DNA of 63,654 nucleotides, counting the filler, from Octopus bimaculoides (Eukaryota), in assembly GCF_001194135.2 (NCBI RefSeq). It is 5 parts of 5 records of this genome, joined end to end, with 100 filler letters (N's around TTAATTAATTAA, not from the genome) between each part and the next. Parts side by side here need not be neighbours in the genome. Positions count along the whole stretch, not along the records: positions 26,320 to 56,669 come from NC_068992.1; 4 more parts are not named here. One strand, given 5' to 3'. Every line of letters starts with the position of its first letter. Position 1 is the stretch's first letter. Shown here in pieces: positions 40,671 through 51,910 of the stretch. The notes beneath the pieces are model-generated. The model was not told the origin of the DNA. It saw nothing but the letters and a program-made list of their open reading frames with translations, and ran no database searches. The position numbers and the translations under genes were made by a program.

Positions 40671-42524
40671 TATTTTAATGAGATAAAGAAGGCACCGTCA
40701 AGGATCTCTGCAAAATTTCCGAAACGGATGGAAATTTCATCTTTTATCTTTTCAAATGTTACACTCGACCCCCTTAATACTTACTTTCTGCCGTACCTAT
40801 AAGCTACGGGTTCGTAAACAAACCGACACCGGCTTCCTTAAAGCTAGATAAAAACATAAGACCTATTCTCCTTAGACAACTTCAATAAAATCAATGCAGT
40901 TGCACCAGTCACCAGCAAAACTTTCAACTGTGTCTTATTAACGAATCTTTGATCAAACCAGGATTCCTTCATTAGCTGAGCCATCCATCTTGTATATCTT
41001 GGTTCGGAAAAAAACAACAACAACAACTAACAAACAGTAAGTTGCACATGGCTGTGTTTGAACCTGGGAACGAAATATTACAATGTATTCAATTTTGTAA
41101 AGACGTGTGCAATACTTTGCAGTGTCTGTTTCTATAACGACCGATTGAATACCTCTGACTCACCGCGTAATTAATTAACAGGTCACAGACGAAAAGAACT
41201 GCCGATTTCTCAGTAATGTCGGCTTTTTCCGTGTGAGGCTAAACGTGTGTTTATTGAAAAGAATGCCCATATGTTTTTGCCAAACACTTCTAGAACTTGT
41301 ACTCATATACGCGCACGCGCACACGCGCACACACACGAGCACACGCACACATACATTTATAAACATGAGAGATTGATAGAAAAAGAAAGAGTGAAGAGTG
41401 AGAGAAAGTACGCAAAAAGTATATATATATATATNNNNNNNNNNNNNNNNNNNNNNNNNNNNNNNNNNNNNNNNNNNNNNNNNNNNNNNNNNNNNNNNNN
41501 NNNNNNNNNNNNNNNNNNNNNNNNNNNNNNNNNNNNNNNNNNNNNNNNNNNNNNNNNNNNNNNNNNNNNNNNNNNNNNNNNNNNNNNNNNNNNNNNNNNN
41601 NNNNNNNNNNNNNNNNNNNNNNNNNNNNNNNNNNNNNNNNNNNNNNNNNNNNNNNNNNNNNNNNNNNNNNNNNNNNNNNNNNNNNNNNNNNNNNNNNNNN
41701 NNNNNNNNNNNNNNNNNNNNNNNNNNNNNNNNNNNNNNNNNNNNNNNNNNNNNNNNNNNNNNNNNNNNNNNNNNNNNNNNNNNNNNNNNNNNNNNNNNNN
41801 NNNNNNNNNNNNNNNNNNNNNNNNNNNNNNNNNNNNNNNNNNNNNNNNNNNNNNNNNNNNNNNNNNNNNNNNNNNNNNNNNNNNNNNNNNNNNNNNNNNN
41901 NNNNNNNNNNNNNNNNNNNNNNNNNNNNNNNNNNNNNNNNNNNNNNNNNNNNNNNNNNNNNNNNNNNNNNNNNNNNNNNNNNNNNNNNNNNNNNNNNNNN
42001 NNNNNNNNNNNNNNNNNNNNNNNNNNNNNNNNNTTATATAATTTATTTTTATTTATTTTTTTGTAATAAATATAGCTTTTATATTATATTGCTTGAAAAT
42101 TGCTTTTTTTTTTTTAGTTAATGTTGTTTTTATTAAATATTTTTATTTATAATCATTTTGTTTTATATTGTTTCATTATTGTTTTATTGAATTGTTCTCA
42201 ATGAAATATGGCGGAAAATGAAATTCACGATTTGTAAAACCGTCTGGAGATCGATTCTCATGATGTAGCCGCTACTGCTGCTGCTACCGCTGTTGCTACC
42301 GTTGCAGCTGCCGCTGCTACTGTTGCTGCTGCTGCTGCTGCTGTTGTTGTTGCTACCGCTGCTGCTGCTGTTAATTAATTTCTATCAACCTTCATTAAAC
42401 AGATTAATATTCGAAGACGTTTCAGTCAAGACAGTTACCATACCATCCTGTTTTGATTCTGTAGTGGGACATTATTTTGTTTTTCTTTTCTTATTGATGT
42501 GACTGCCACAGACAACAGAATATT

Positions 42525-42828
42525 TCTACAGTTCTATATTTAAGAAATGAGGAATTATGCACATTATTTACATTATTTACATTTGACGGATATTTGTCCT
42601 CGTCTTGTTTGCTGTTGACACAACGTTTCGGCTTATATACCCTCCAGCCTTCATCAGGTGTCTTGGAGAAATTTCGAACCTGAGTTCTCATTTATAAGAT
42701 ATTTTTCGGTGTTCATTATTATTATTATTATTATTATCATTGTAATCATTATGATTCAGGTCACTGTTTGGAATCGAACTCGGAATCTTGGGGTTAGTAA
42801 CCCGCGCTCTTAACCATTACGCCATATG
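42525..42828 (-). mobile_element. composite SINE-like element: tRNA-like Pol III head + (AAT)n + PLE pLTR-like body with hammerhead (family 1)
   Basis: Minus strand GGCATATGGCGTAATGGTTAAGAGCGCGGGTTACTAACCCCAAGATTCCGAGTTCGATTCC (A box TGGCGTAATGG, B box GTTCGATTCC), an AAT-rich linker, then the family 1 body. Confidence 0.8.
42617..42662 (-). ncRNA. minimal type I hammerhead ribozyme motif (family 1)
   Basis: GACAC-CUGAUGA-A-GGCUG(...)AAGCC-GAAA-CG-UU^GUGUC. Helix I has 5 Watson-Crick pairs and helix II has one distal mismatch. Confidence 0.78.
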
Positions 42829-43064
42829 CCTGCGCTCTTAACCAGTACGCCATATGGCGTAGTGGCTAAGAGCGCTGACTACTAACCCCAAGATGACAAA
42901 TATCCGTCAAATGTAAATAACGTAAATAATGTAAATAATGAACAGAATATTTGTCTTATTTGGCTGAAATCGGTTGCTATTTCGAGCAAATTGAAGGACC
43001 ACGTAGAATATGAATCCCAGTGCAATTGTGTATAAATGTTATAGCAAAGCATGTGAAAGTGCAT

Positions 43065-43400
43065 GGCTCTGTGGTTATAGCGGCAGGTTCACAAACATGA
43101 GGTAGTGAGTTCGATTCCCGGACCGGTCTGTGCGTTGTGTTCTTGAGTAAATCACTTTATTTAATGTTGCTTCAGTTCACTCATCTGTAGAAATGGGTTC
43201 CGACGTCACTGGTGCCAAGCTGTATCGGCCTTTGCCTTTCCCTTGGATAACATTGATGGCTTTGAAAGTGGAGTGAGGGGGCTGGTTTGCATGGGCCACA
43301 GTTGGTCTTCCATATGCAAACTTGTCCGGACTTGTGCCTTGGAAGGGAACTTTCTCTAGGTGGAGCCCCATGGTCATTCATGAGCGAAGGGGGTCTCCAC
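43065..43400 (+). mobile_element. tRNA-derived SINE with CORE-like domain (family D)
   Basis: Head GCATGGCTCTGTGGTT...GAGTTCGATTCCC; central GTGTTCTTGAGTAAATCACTTT...TTCACTCATCTGTAGAAATGGG resembles the MIR/CORE block. Confidence 0.75.
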
Positions 43401-43724
43401 CATTCTTTTTTTCACGACAAGCCATTACATCTGGCTGTAGAAAGAGAACTTGAGATGCAGCAAAACTAAGCATTGAGAATGATAGAAACATCTGGCCCAG
43501 AGGCATATCTTACTCCACAGGGCTCGTACTGTTGTGAAGGTGTTTTGTAGCAGATATCGATGGGTGGACCCTAGCAACTATAACGTTACGGTGGAAGGGG
43601 CTGAGGCGCCTACTGAACTGCTTCACCGCATAATAGAGTACATCGATTCCAACATTCGGTGACGGAATACAGCAGACACGTATTTACCCTATATAGATAT
43701 GTTTCCCGAAACTCGACAGCGCTG

Positions 43725-43835
43725 CCAACAGCGATAAGAAGAGTAACCTCCCTTGCACTCGTGGAATCCCATCAGATTTCGGAGTTTGTGCATTTGCAAC
43801 TCAGGAACATGAAGTAGATACAAAATAATTGCTGA
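43725..43835 (+). mobile_element. short RLE-type retrotransposon fragment
   Basis: DKKSNLPCTRGIPSDFGVCAFATQEHEVDTK*L aligns by eye with SHFEGYAFAIQEQEI at ~30600. Confidence 0.5.
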
Positions 43836-43849
43836 AATGAAACTATCTC

Positions 43850-44462
43850 TTAATCTATTCACACGCCTGACGTAGTTGTTTTAGACCAAACTCGATCCCT
43901 CTCTACTCATCTATATACTACTGTCAGTTACCTAACGTATATAAACATGTTCGCAAGAACTTATGAAGAAGAGATTAATCTTTGCTTATACTTTGGCGTG
44001 GATTCTATAACGTTTCCACTCAGATTTGCGCTTATAATATTTGAAGTAGCTGGTTTTAGTTTCCAAGTTTGCTTCTAGTCAAGAAAATTTCGGTAGCAGC
44101 TTTATTCTTCAATGACGAGCAGAGGGTAGCAATCAGATGATGAGGAACCCATTACCCAAGTTCGGTCACTTTCCTTGTCCATGGAAGCGTTTTATGATTG
44201 AATTGAAATATTTTGCTAATTCTCGGGCAGTTTGCCTACGACTTTCAGAAGTTTAAAATTGACAGAACTTGATGGTTGAGATAAAGAATCAGCGGGAGAG
44301 AAAATTCCCGAACGAAACTGGCCAAACCATGGTTGCATATCCAGATGCTATAGCATTATTTCCATGGATAAGATAAATATTTCTTGCCGTATCCATTGCT
44401 AAAGTGCCTCCTTTGAATTCAGACAACATCTAGTATCTGATATAGGTTTCATCTAGATTCAT
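43850..44462 (-). mobile_element. mariner transposase N-terminal remnant (heavily decayed)
   Basis: Minus frames: MNLDETYIRY*MLSEFKGG...DTARNI... (HTH), QTARELAK, GK...ELG*WVPHHL (WVPHEL motif), with weak continuation toward the LHPKK block. Confidence 0.75.
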
Positions 44463-44803
44463 TTTAAATGGTTAAAATCGAATCGATATTAACTGCTATG
44501 ATATAAAGCAATCTTTAAAGAAATAAAACATTAGAAAGTAAATATTTACGCTTATTTTAACGTATGTATTGAAATAATAGCCTCAAAGTGATTATGTCAA
44601 AAATGCGACAAGGCTTTCTTGCCGCAATAAAAAGAATCTTGGAAACGTGAACCTTCTAGGTAACGAAAGTTCTTTTGTATTCTGATTTCGGCAAATCCAG
44701 CCTGTTTATGGAATAATTAAAATATGTAAGACTTTTCTGATATCCATCATGTAAGTGTTCTCTAAGAGACGACGATACTTTTGGTTTATTCAGCGCGCTT
44801 TCT

Positions 44804-44922
44804 GCTTACGGCCATATCACATTGAATGCATCGGTTCTCGTTCGATCACCGAAGTTGAGCAAAGTCGAGCCTAGTTGGTATTTAGATGGGTGACCGTTTA
44901 GAAAATCTAGGTGCTGTAAGCA
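44804..44922 (+). rRNA. 5S rRNA: full-length 5S rRNA gene copy, diverged (probable pseudogene)
   Basis: 119 nt, GCTTACGGCCATATCAC...CGATCACCGAAGTTGAGC...AGATGGGTGACCG...GCTGTAAGC. The terminal 9-bp helix GCTTACGGC/GCTGTAAGC is intact and box A and box C-like motifs are present. No oligo-T terminator follows. Confidence 0.92.
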
Positions 44923-44974
44923 TCTCACACCATGTAATCCCTTTACTGTTAAGTTATTATCGATTCAGTGAAGG

Positions 44975-45240
44975 TGCGTGGATTATTGGTTAGGGTATTA
45001 TGTTCACAATCGCAAGGTTGTGAGTTCGATTTCCGGCGGTGCGTTGTGTTCTTAAGCAAGACACTTTATTTCACGTAGCTGCAGTTCACTCATCAAGCAA
45101 AATGAGTTATACCTCTCTCTGCGAACTATGTTAAAAGTATGCGTTTCTGCAGAGTACTCAGCCATTTACGCGCTAATTTCACGAGCAAACTGTTTCACTG
45201 ATTGGATCAACTGGAATCCTTGTCGTCGTAACCGACGGAA
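44975..45240 (+). mobile_element. tRNA-derived CORE-like SINE, diverged
   Basis: GTGAGTTCGATTTCC B box, GTGTTCTTAAGCAAGACACTTTATTTCAC core; tail ...TAATTTCACGAGC...GGATCAACTGGAA...GTCGTCG...GACGGA shared with 56783-57168. Confidence 0.75.
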
Positions 45241-45565
45241 AACCATTCTAAAAATCTAATGATGGATCTTTGTTTCTTCTTTGGAATGCTTCCTGTTAGA
45301 AAGTCTTCTTCTTATCTGATTAAAACAAGAGTTGAAAGCAGAAAAACATACATACACTCACACATACATAAACACACGGGCATACACTCACGACATATAC
45401 ATACATGCTTATTGATTAATAGATGTGACAATGATAAAGCTATCCCCCTCCCCCATTAAAATTAAAATTTACAGCTCCAATAACACACATAGTTACTATT
45501 GTACTTAGCACCATTTACAATAAATAATACCACGAGAAAAGATTACTAAGAAGATAAGATCACAA

Positions 45566-46260
45566 ATTTCTGTGAATGTGTACTTATGTCAGTGTGTGCG
45601 CGCGCGCGCGCGTGTGTGTTCATACATTAATTTCTGCGAATGTGTACTTATGTCAGTGCTTCCGCATGCGCGCGCGCGTGTATGTATAAGTGTGTTTGTA
45701 TATTAATTTCTGTGAATGTGTACTTATGTCAGTGTGTGTGTGTGTACATTAATTTCTGTGAATGTGTACTTATGTGTGTCCGTATGTGTGTGTGTGTGTG
45801 TGTATGTGTGAGTGTGTGTGTACATTAATTTCTGTGAATGTGTACTTATGTCAGTGTGTGTGTGTGCTTGTACATTTATTCCTGTGAATGTATAGTTATG
45901 TCAGTGTGTGTGTGTGTGTCTGTGTGTGTGTGTGTGTGTGTTTGTACATTAATTCCTGCGAATGGGTACTTATGTCAGTGTGTGTGTCCGTGTGTGTCCG
46001 TGTCCGTGTGTGTGTGTGTGTGTGTGTGTATGTCTTTGTACATTCATTTCTGTGAATGTGGACTTATGTCAGTGGTTGTGTGTCCGTATGTGTGTGTGTT
46101 TGTGTCTTTGTGTGTGTGTATGTGTATGTACATTTCTGTGAATTGTATTTATGTCAGTGTGTGTGTATGTGTGTTTTGCGGGTGTATGTGTATGTGTGTG
46201 CATGTGCATGTGTGTGCCTGTATTTGTACATTTATTTGTGTGTATTGTAATTATGTGAGT
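45566..46260. repeat. minisatellite: ~33-nt constant unit separated by variable (GT)n, about 9-10 copies
   Basis: TACATTAATTTCTGTGAATGTGTACTTATGTCAG repeated with progressive decay toward the right. Confidence 0.9.
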
Positions 46261-46531
46261 GCGTGTGTGTGTGTGTACGTTTGTATATGTATGCAGCAAT
46301 ATGTGTGTGTTTCTTTGTGTTGCGTGATAGATTTCCATATGTATATATTTGCGAATGCGTCCATGCATACGTATTTGTACACATCGATGTGTGTATGTAT
46401 CTGCTTGTTGCTTCTGTTCATGTGTGTATCTGTATGAGTATATTTGAGCTTGTGAAATTATGTGTGTGCATGCGATTGAGCTCGAAAAGGAAAGAGAGAG
46501 AGAAGTGAAAGGCTATTTGGTTTTGCCCAAG

Positions 46532-46631
<100 letters not shown>

Positions 46632-46654
46632 GCCTGTAGATACTTGTATATATA

Positions 46655-47842
46655 CAGGGTGCGATGGGTAGATTGTCGCTATTTTATATTTTTGATTTCA
46701 CGCATTGTTTTTTTTTTATTTTGTCGATTACACAGTATAATAGGGTCAGTCGAGCACCTTCTGTGAGAAGAGTGTTTGGGTGTCAATCTGAGGACAGAAC
46801 AGAGGATTCTGAAAGAGTTGGAGGAGTCTAATGGTGATTACGAAGGTGCGGCAGCTCAGAAATTTTTCTCTGATCGTTCTGATAAGAAAAGAACTGAAGT
46901 TTTTGGTGAGATTCAAGCCGCCATGATCGACAACGATCCCTCCAAGTCAGTCAGGTCTATCTCCAGGGACATGAGAGTGTCTGAGTTTCTTATCAGGCAG
47001 ATAGTGCATGGAGACATTCGGTATTCCTCACACAAGATGAGAAAGGGCTAATTTTTATCCTATGCCATCTTGGACAAGAGGAAAAACCGCGCTACGAAGC
47101 TTTTAAACAAACTCAAACGTCTCCTCCAACCGAACAGGCTTTGTTTTTTCTCAGACGAGAAATGTTTCTGCCAGGATCAGGTGGTGAACACACAGACCAA
47201 CCGTTGGCTTGCCGTGTCCCCAAAACATGCACCGAGAGTGATAGAAATCAAACATCCAGACGTCATGGTGTCTGGAGAGATCAGTAGTGATGGCAACGAT
47301 ATGCCTCCATTCATCTTCCTACACGGCCTCAGACTCAACACAGAGGCCTATATCAAGTGTCTCGAGGAGATAGTGCTGTTCTGGGTCAAGAGGGTGACTG
47401 TTTGAAGATCCTATGTCTGGCAACAGGACTTTGCATCATGCCACACAAGCAGGAAAACCCAATCATGACAATTTCTGCGACCATATCACCTCTAAAATCA
47501 GGCCACCTAACTTTCCAGACTGCAAAACCTTTGATTATTATGTGTAGGGCGCAGTTGAGTGAGACACCAACAAAACTCCTTGGAACACCAAAGATGAACT
47601 GAGGGCAAAGATTCACCAACTTAAACAAGGAGACCATCCAGAACAGTTGCAAGAAATTGCGAAGTCGTCTGGAGGGTGTGGTTGAAGCCAATGGTGATTT
47701 TATTGAATACATCTACTGTTTAGTATTGCAAGATATCTTAATATAATATTGGTAAATATATCTGTTAAAATGAGACGCCAGTGTTATTTTCATGTTTGGT
47801 TAATTTAGACAATTTATTCACCGCACTCTCTCTCTCTCTCTG
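46655..47842 (+). mobile_element. Tc1/mariner-superfamily (maT/DD37D-like) transposon, near full length, inactivated
   Basis: TA-flanked ends CAGGGTGCGATGGGTAGATTGTC and GACAATTTATTCACCGCAC(TC)nTG. Broken transposase: DPSKSVRSISRDMRVS (HTH), FFSDEK, NTQTNRW, VWQQD, PPNFPDCKTFDY, RSRLEGVVEANGDFIE. D-D spacing cannot be verified because of frameshifts. Confidence 0.88.
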
Positions 47843-49374
47843 TATATACATATGTATGTGTGTATGTATGTGTATATATATATATATATATNNNNNNNNN
47901 NNNNNNNNNNNNNNNNNNNNNNNNNNNNNNNNNNNNNNNNNNNNNNNNNNNNNNNNNNNNNNNNNNNNNNNNNNNNNNNNNNNNNNNNNNNNNNNNNNNN
48001 NNNNNNNNNNNNNNNNNNNNNNNNNNNNNNNNNNNNNNNNNNNNNNNNNNNNNNNNNNNNNNNNNNNNNNNNNNNNNNNNNNNNNNNNNNNNNNNNNNNN
48101 NNNNNNNNNNNNNNNNNNNNNNNNNNNNNNNNNNNNNNNNNNNNNNNNNNNNNNNNNNNNNNNNNNNNNNNNNNNNNNNNNNNNNNNNNNNNNNNNNNNN
48201 NNNNNNNNNNNNNNNNNNNNNNNNNNNNNNNNNNNNNNNNNNNNNNNNNNNNNNNNNNNNNNNNNNNNNNNNNNNNNNNNNNNNNNNNNNNNNNNNNNNN
48301 NNNNNNNNNNNNNNNNNNNNNNNNNNNNNNNNNNNNNNNTATATATATATATATATATATATGCATGTAGCTCCATAATTGGTTACCATTAAATTAGCAG
48401 TCTATAGAATAGACTGTAAAAATATTTTTATTTATGTATATATTAATATTATCTTGGTTAAAAAACTTCGATAATGCAAATATGTTAATAGTTACCAGGG
48501 TAGCAAAAATCTCACATTAGCATATTTGCATTATCGAAGTTTTTAACCAAGATAATATTAATATATACATAAATAAAAATATATATATATATATACACAT
48601 ATATCTGTGTGCGTGTGTGTGTGTGTTTGTGTGTGTGTATATGTATTATATGTATATATACACACATACGCATGCAAGCTGGAACCTCGAATATACTGAA
48701 CAGAGGGCCGTAACTAAATACCAGAAGATATTTTGTGCGGCCCTTCACCTTCGGTCTACCGACGCGGAGATCTCCGTTACCTACGACATCGCACCCACGG
48801 TAGCCTCTGAACCGAGGATGTAGCTAGTTGCATGCTACCTCCGCCAAAGAACATCTAACACGGACATTCACTCACTCACTTATCCGCCACTTCTTCCGCA
48901 CACACAAACCCCTGTGTCACCCTCGGGCCCTGAACTAAAGTCAACATTCTGGAATCCTCATCGCCCACACGTGATTCCTGCTGATTTTGACTTACATGTT
49001 TAGAAAACGAACATCAGAGGTATCAATATCAAACGTGTCAGAAGTATGAACAACATCACAGGCACATATCACTGAGATTATCCATGCAATTGACATACAA
49101 AAACTCCCTCTAGGGACGATATACCGGTTTTGATTCCCCCAAGGTATCGCCCGTTTGATATGTATATTTGTTTTTTCATATTTTAAACACTCCTAGACGG
49201 AACTTGTTTTCAACTAATTGAAGGAATTATACGCTCTAGGATTGTCAAAGACATCTTCCAGTTTTTCTAAAATTGAATAAAATAATGATGAATACACACA
49301 CACTTGTACACGATGAAGAAAGTGAATAACAACAACAACAACAGCAGCAGCAACAACAACAACAATAATAATAA

Positions 49375-49930
49375 TCTGCATTTCTGGGTGTCAGAAGTTT
49401 TACAACTTCTGACACTCAGAAATGCAGACTGTGGAAAGAGTGCGGAAAATGTGACCCACTTGGTAAGTAGATATGAGAGCCTTGCACAAAAAGAATTCAA
49501 GCGCCGCCACGATAAAGTGCGTGTGTATCTTCATTGGCTCTTATGCCGTAAATACCAATATGAAGTAACAGAGAACTGATATGAGCATAAAGTAAAGTTA
49601 TGCAGGAGGATGGAAAAGTAACGATACTCTGGGAGTATGATTTTCAGACGGATCGTATAATCGAATACCGTCGACCGGATCTTGTCATATTGAATAAGAG
49701 AGACAAATACTGTCAGATCATTGATGTAGCCATATCAAATGACATGAATGTTACGATTAAAGAGGTTGAAAAAAATCACCAAGTACTCCGAATTGAAAGT
49801 GGGAATGGCAAGACTGTATGGAATGTGAGAGGGTTATGTAAAAGTGATACCAGTGGTGATTGGAGCGTTGGGCTCAATCTCATTGAAACTTCAAAACTTC
49901 ATAAGGCAACTGGAAGGAAGGCGAAAAGAT
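49375..49930 (+). mobile_element. RLE-type retrotransposon C-terminus (zinc knuckle and PD-(D/E)xK endonuclease), decayed
   Basis: CGKSAENVTHLVS...LAQKEFKRRHDKVRVYLHWLLCRKY, then VTILWEYDFQTDRIIEYRRPDLVILNKRDKYCQIIDVAI...KEVEK. Confidence 0.9.
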
Positions 49931-49964
49931 AGATAACTACAACCCTCTTAAGTATGAAATAGCC

Positions 49965-50239
49965 AGGCTATGGAATATGAAGAAGGTGGAGATAGTGCCA
50001 ATTATTGTTGGGTCCTTTGGAACAGTATCAGAAGGCATCAAGAGGAATATAAAGGAAATTGGAATGGGGTGCCCAACTGAACTGTTACAAAATGTTTGCC
50101 CCCTTGACACGGCCAGAATAATCAGGAAAGTATTAGAAAAGAAGGAATATCTTGGTACCGTAGATAGTAAGCCCGCTACACATGCAAGACTCCAGGAGCT
50201 CCAACAAAACTTGTGAGAAAGAGATAATAATAATGATGA

Positions 50240-50333
<94 letters not shown>

Positions 50334-50335
50334 CT
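49965..50335 (+). mobile_element. second RLE-type element 3' end with (AAT)/(AGT)n tail
   Basis: KKVEIVPIIVGSFGTVSEGIKRNIKEIGMGCPTELLQNVCPLDTARIIRKVL; same family as 39335-40170. Confidence 0.85.
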
Positions 50336-50646
50336 AACTGAAATAGAATGTCAACTGTTTTGGTGCGTAACTGTTGGCTCACATTGTATGCATGTATATA
50401 CATACATACGTACATACATGCATACATACATACCTGCAAGACGACAAACATGATATGTGCATATGTGCACATGCGTGTGTGTGTATTTGTACGCCCTCCT
50501 CTGAAGTATTTCTTTCAATCATCTTGTTGGCGTATAGGTACATTCTGCTTCTTCTTGACCGAACCACACACTCTCAAACAAATAGAACACACACAAGCAA
50601 GACGCACACACACATAATACAAGCCGTATACACACACACACAGACA

Positions 50647-50731
<85 letters not shown>

Positions 50732-50953
50732 CTAATGAAATGCCATCATTGTTTCTGCTGTCGCAACATGTTATTTGAATATGTTAACAGAAATTTTCTA
50801 ATTTATTATTTTAAGATTGTTTTTAACAGATTATCGCAGTAAATTTATAACAGAATATTTACAACATTTAATGCAGTTTGTTCAGCTTTTAATTATTATT
50901 TCTATTTTATTTATTTATTGTTGTTCTTCTCTTATAACGATACGTTTCATATA

Positions 50954-51165
50954 CAGGCTGAATTTTTTTCTCCAAGGTGTATTTCAAAATGTGTAGAAGA
51001 GTCAACTTATGTATTGAAAATGAAGGATGACATTATCAACACCTCTTATAAAGTCTTTTTAAAGTCTTGTAAAGACTAATATATTCTTTTGTAGTCTTAT
51101 ATCATCTTATAAATATTTATCTTGCAATAAAATGCTTGCTGCGGAGAGACTTTTTGAACACCCTG
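50954..51165 (+). mobile_element. internally deleted maT-like element/MITE
   Basis: TA-CAGGCTG ... CACCCTG-TA ends; contains RRVNLCIENEG*HYQHLL*, a transposase C-terminus. Confidence 0.55.
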
Positions 51166-51234
51166 TATAAGGTAGTGACTCTTTCATTCCTCTCTTATAT
51201 TTTTGCTTTCCAATTTTGGTAAAAAGTCAGTCAT

Positions 51235-51420
51235 TTCGGGAGAAGTGGTAAGCCGATTACATCGACCCTAATTTTCAACTGGTACTTAATTTATCGACCC
51301 AGAAAGGTTGAAAGACAAAGTCGACCACGGCGGAATTTGAACTCAGAACGTGAGGACGGATGAAATGCCAGTGAGCATTTCGACCAGTGGGCTAAAGATT
51401 CTGTCAGCTCGCCATCTTCT
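51235..51420 (-). mobile_element. SINE family B
   Basis: ATCGACCCAGAAAGGTTGAAAGACAAAGTCGACCACGGCGGAATTTGAACTCAGAACG. Confidence 0.85.
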
Positions 51421-51592
51421 TGCTCTGCGTTATATTGTACTAATATTATAATAATGCATGTGGCTAAGTAAAAAAAAAATTACGTATTCTTGTTTCTTTA
51501 ATTTGTTAAAACAAACGCAGGGTTTAGATATTTGCATGATTTGTAGACATAGTCTCCTTGCTTTTCGTTGCATTTATTTCAGTGGTTCACTG

Positions 51593-51724
51593 AAAATTAA
51601 AAGAGTACTATTGTTATCTAGTGAACGATATTTCGACATCTTGTGTGTCTTCAACTGGTTCAAACAATAATTTTGTCAAACTACTTCATTTTGGTTAATA
51701 TAGAAAGGAAGATATAGAGTCAAA

Positions 51725-51778
<54 letters not shown>

Positions 51779-51875
51779 GCTGTTGTTGTTGTTGTTGTTG
51801 TTTTTGTTGTTGTTTTTGTTGTTGTTTTTGTTGTTGTTTTTGTTGTTGTTGTTGTTGTTGTTATTATTATTATCG

Positions 51876-51910
<35 letters not shown>

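Noticed and set aside
42581-42630. Alternative family 1 fold with a long helix III closing on downstream CCGUC^AAAUG
   Set aside because: No helix I partner for AAAUGU; the minimal fold cutting at GUU^GUGU pairs in all three copies, and the 26.9-kb copy lacks the CGUC site.
42755-42828. Bona fide tRNA gene
   Set aside because: Acceptor stem is incomplete, copies are diverged and it is embedded in a repeat; treated as a SINE head.
45566-46260. CRISPR-like repeat-spacer architecture
   Set aside because: Spacers are (GT)n microsatellite of variable length, repeats decay, there are no cas genes and the context is eukaryotic.
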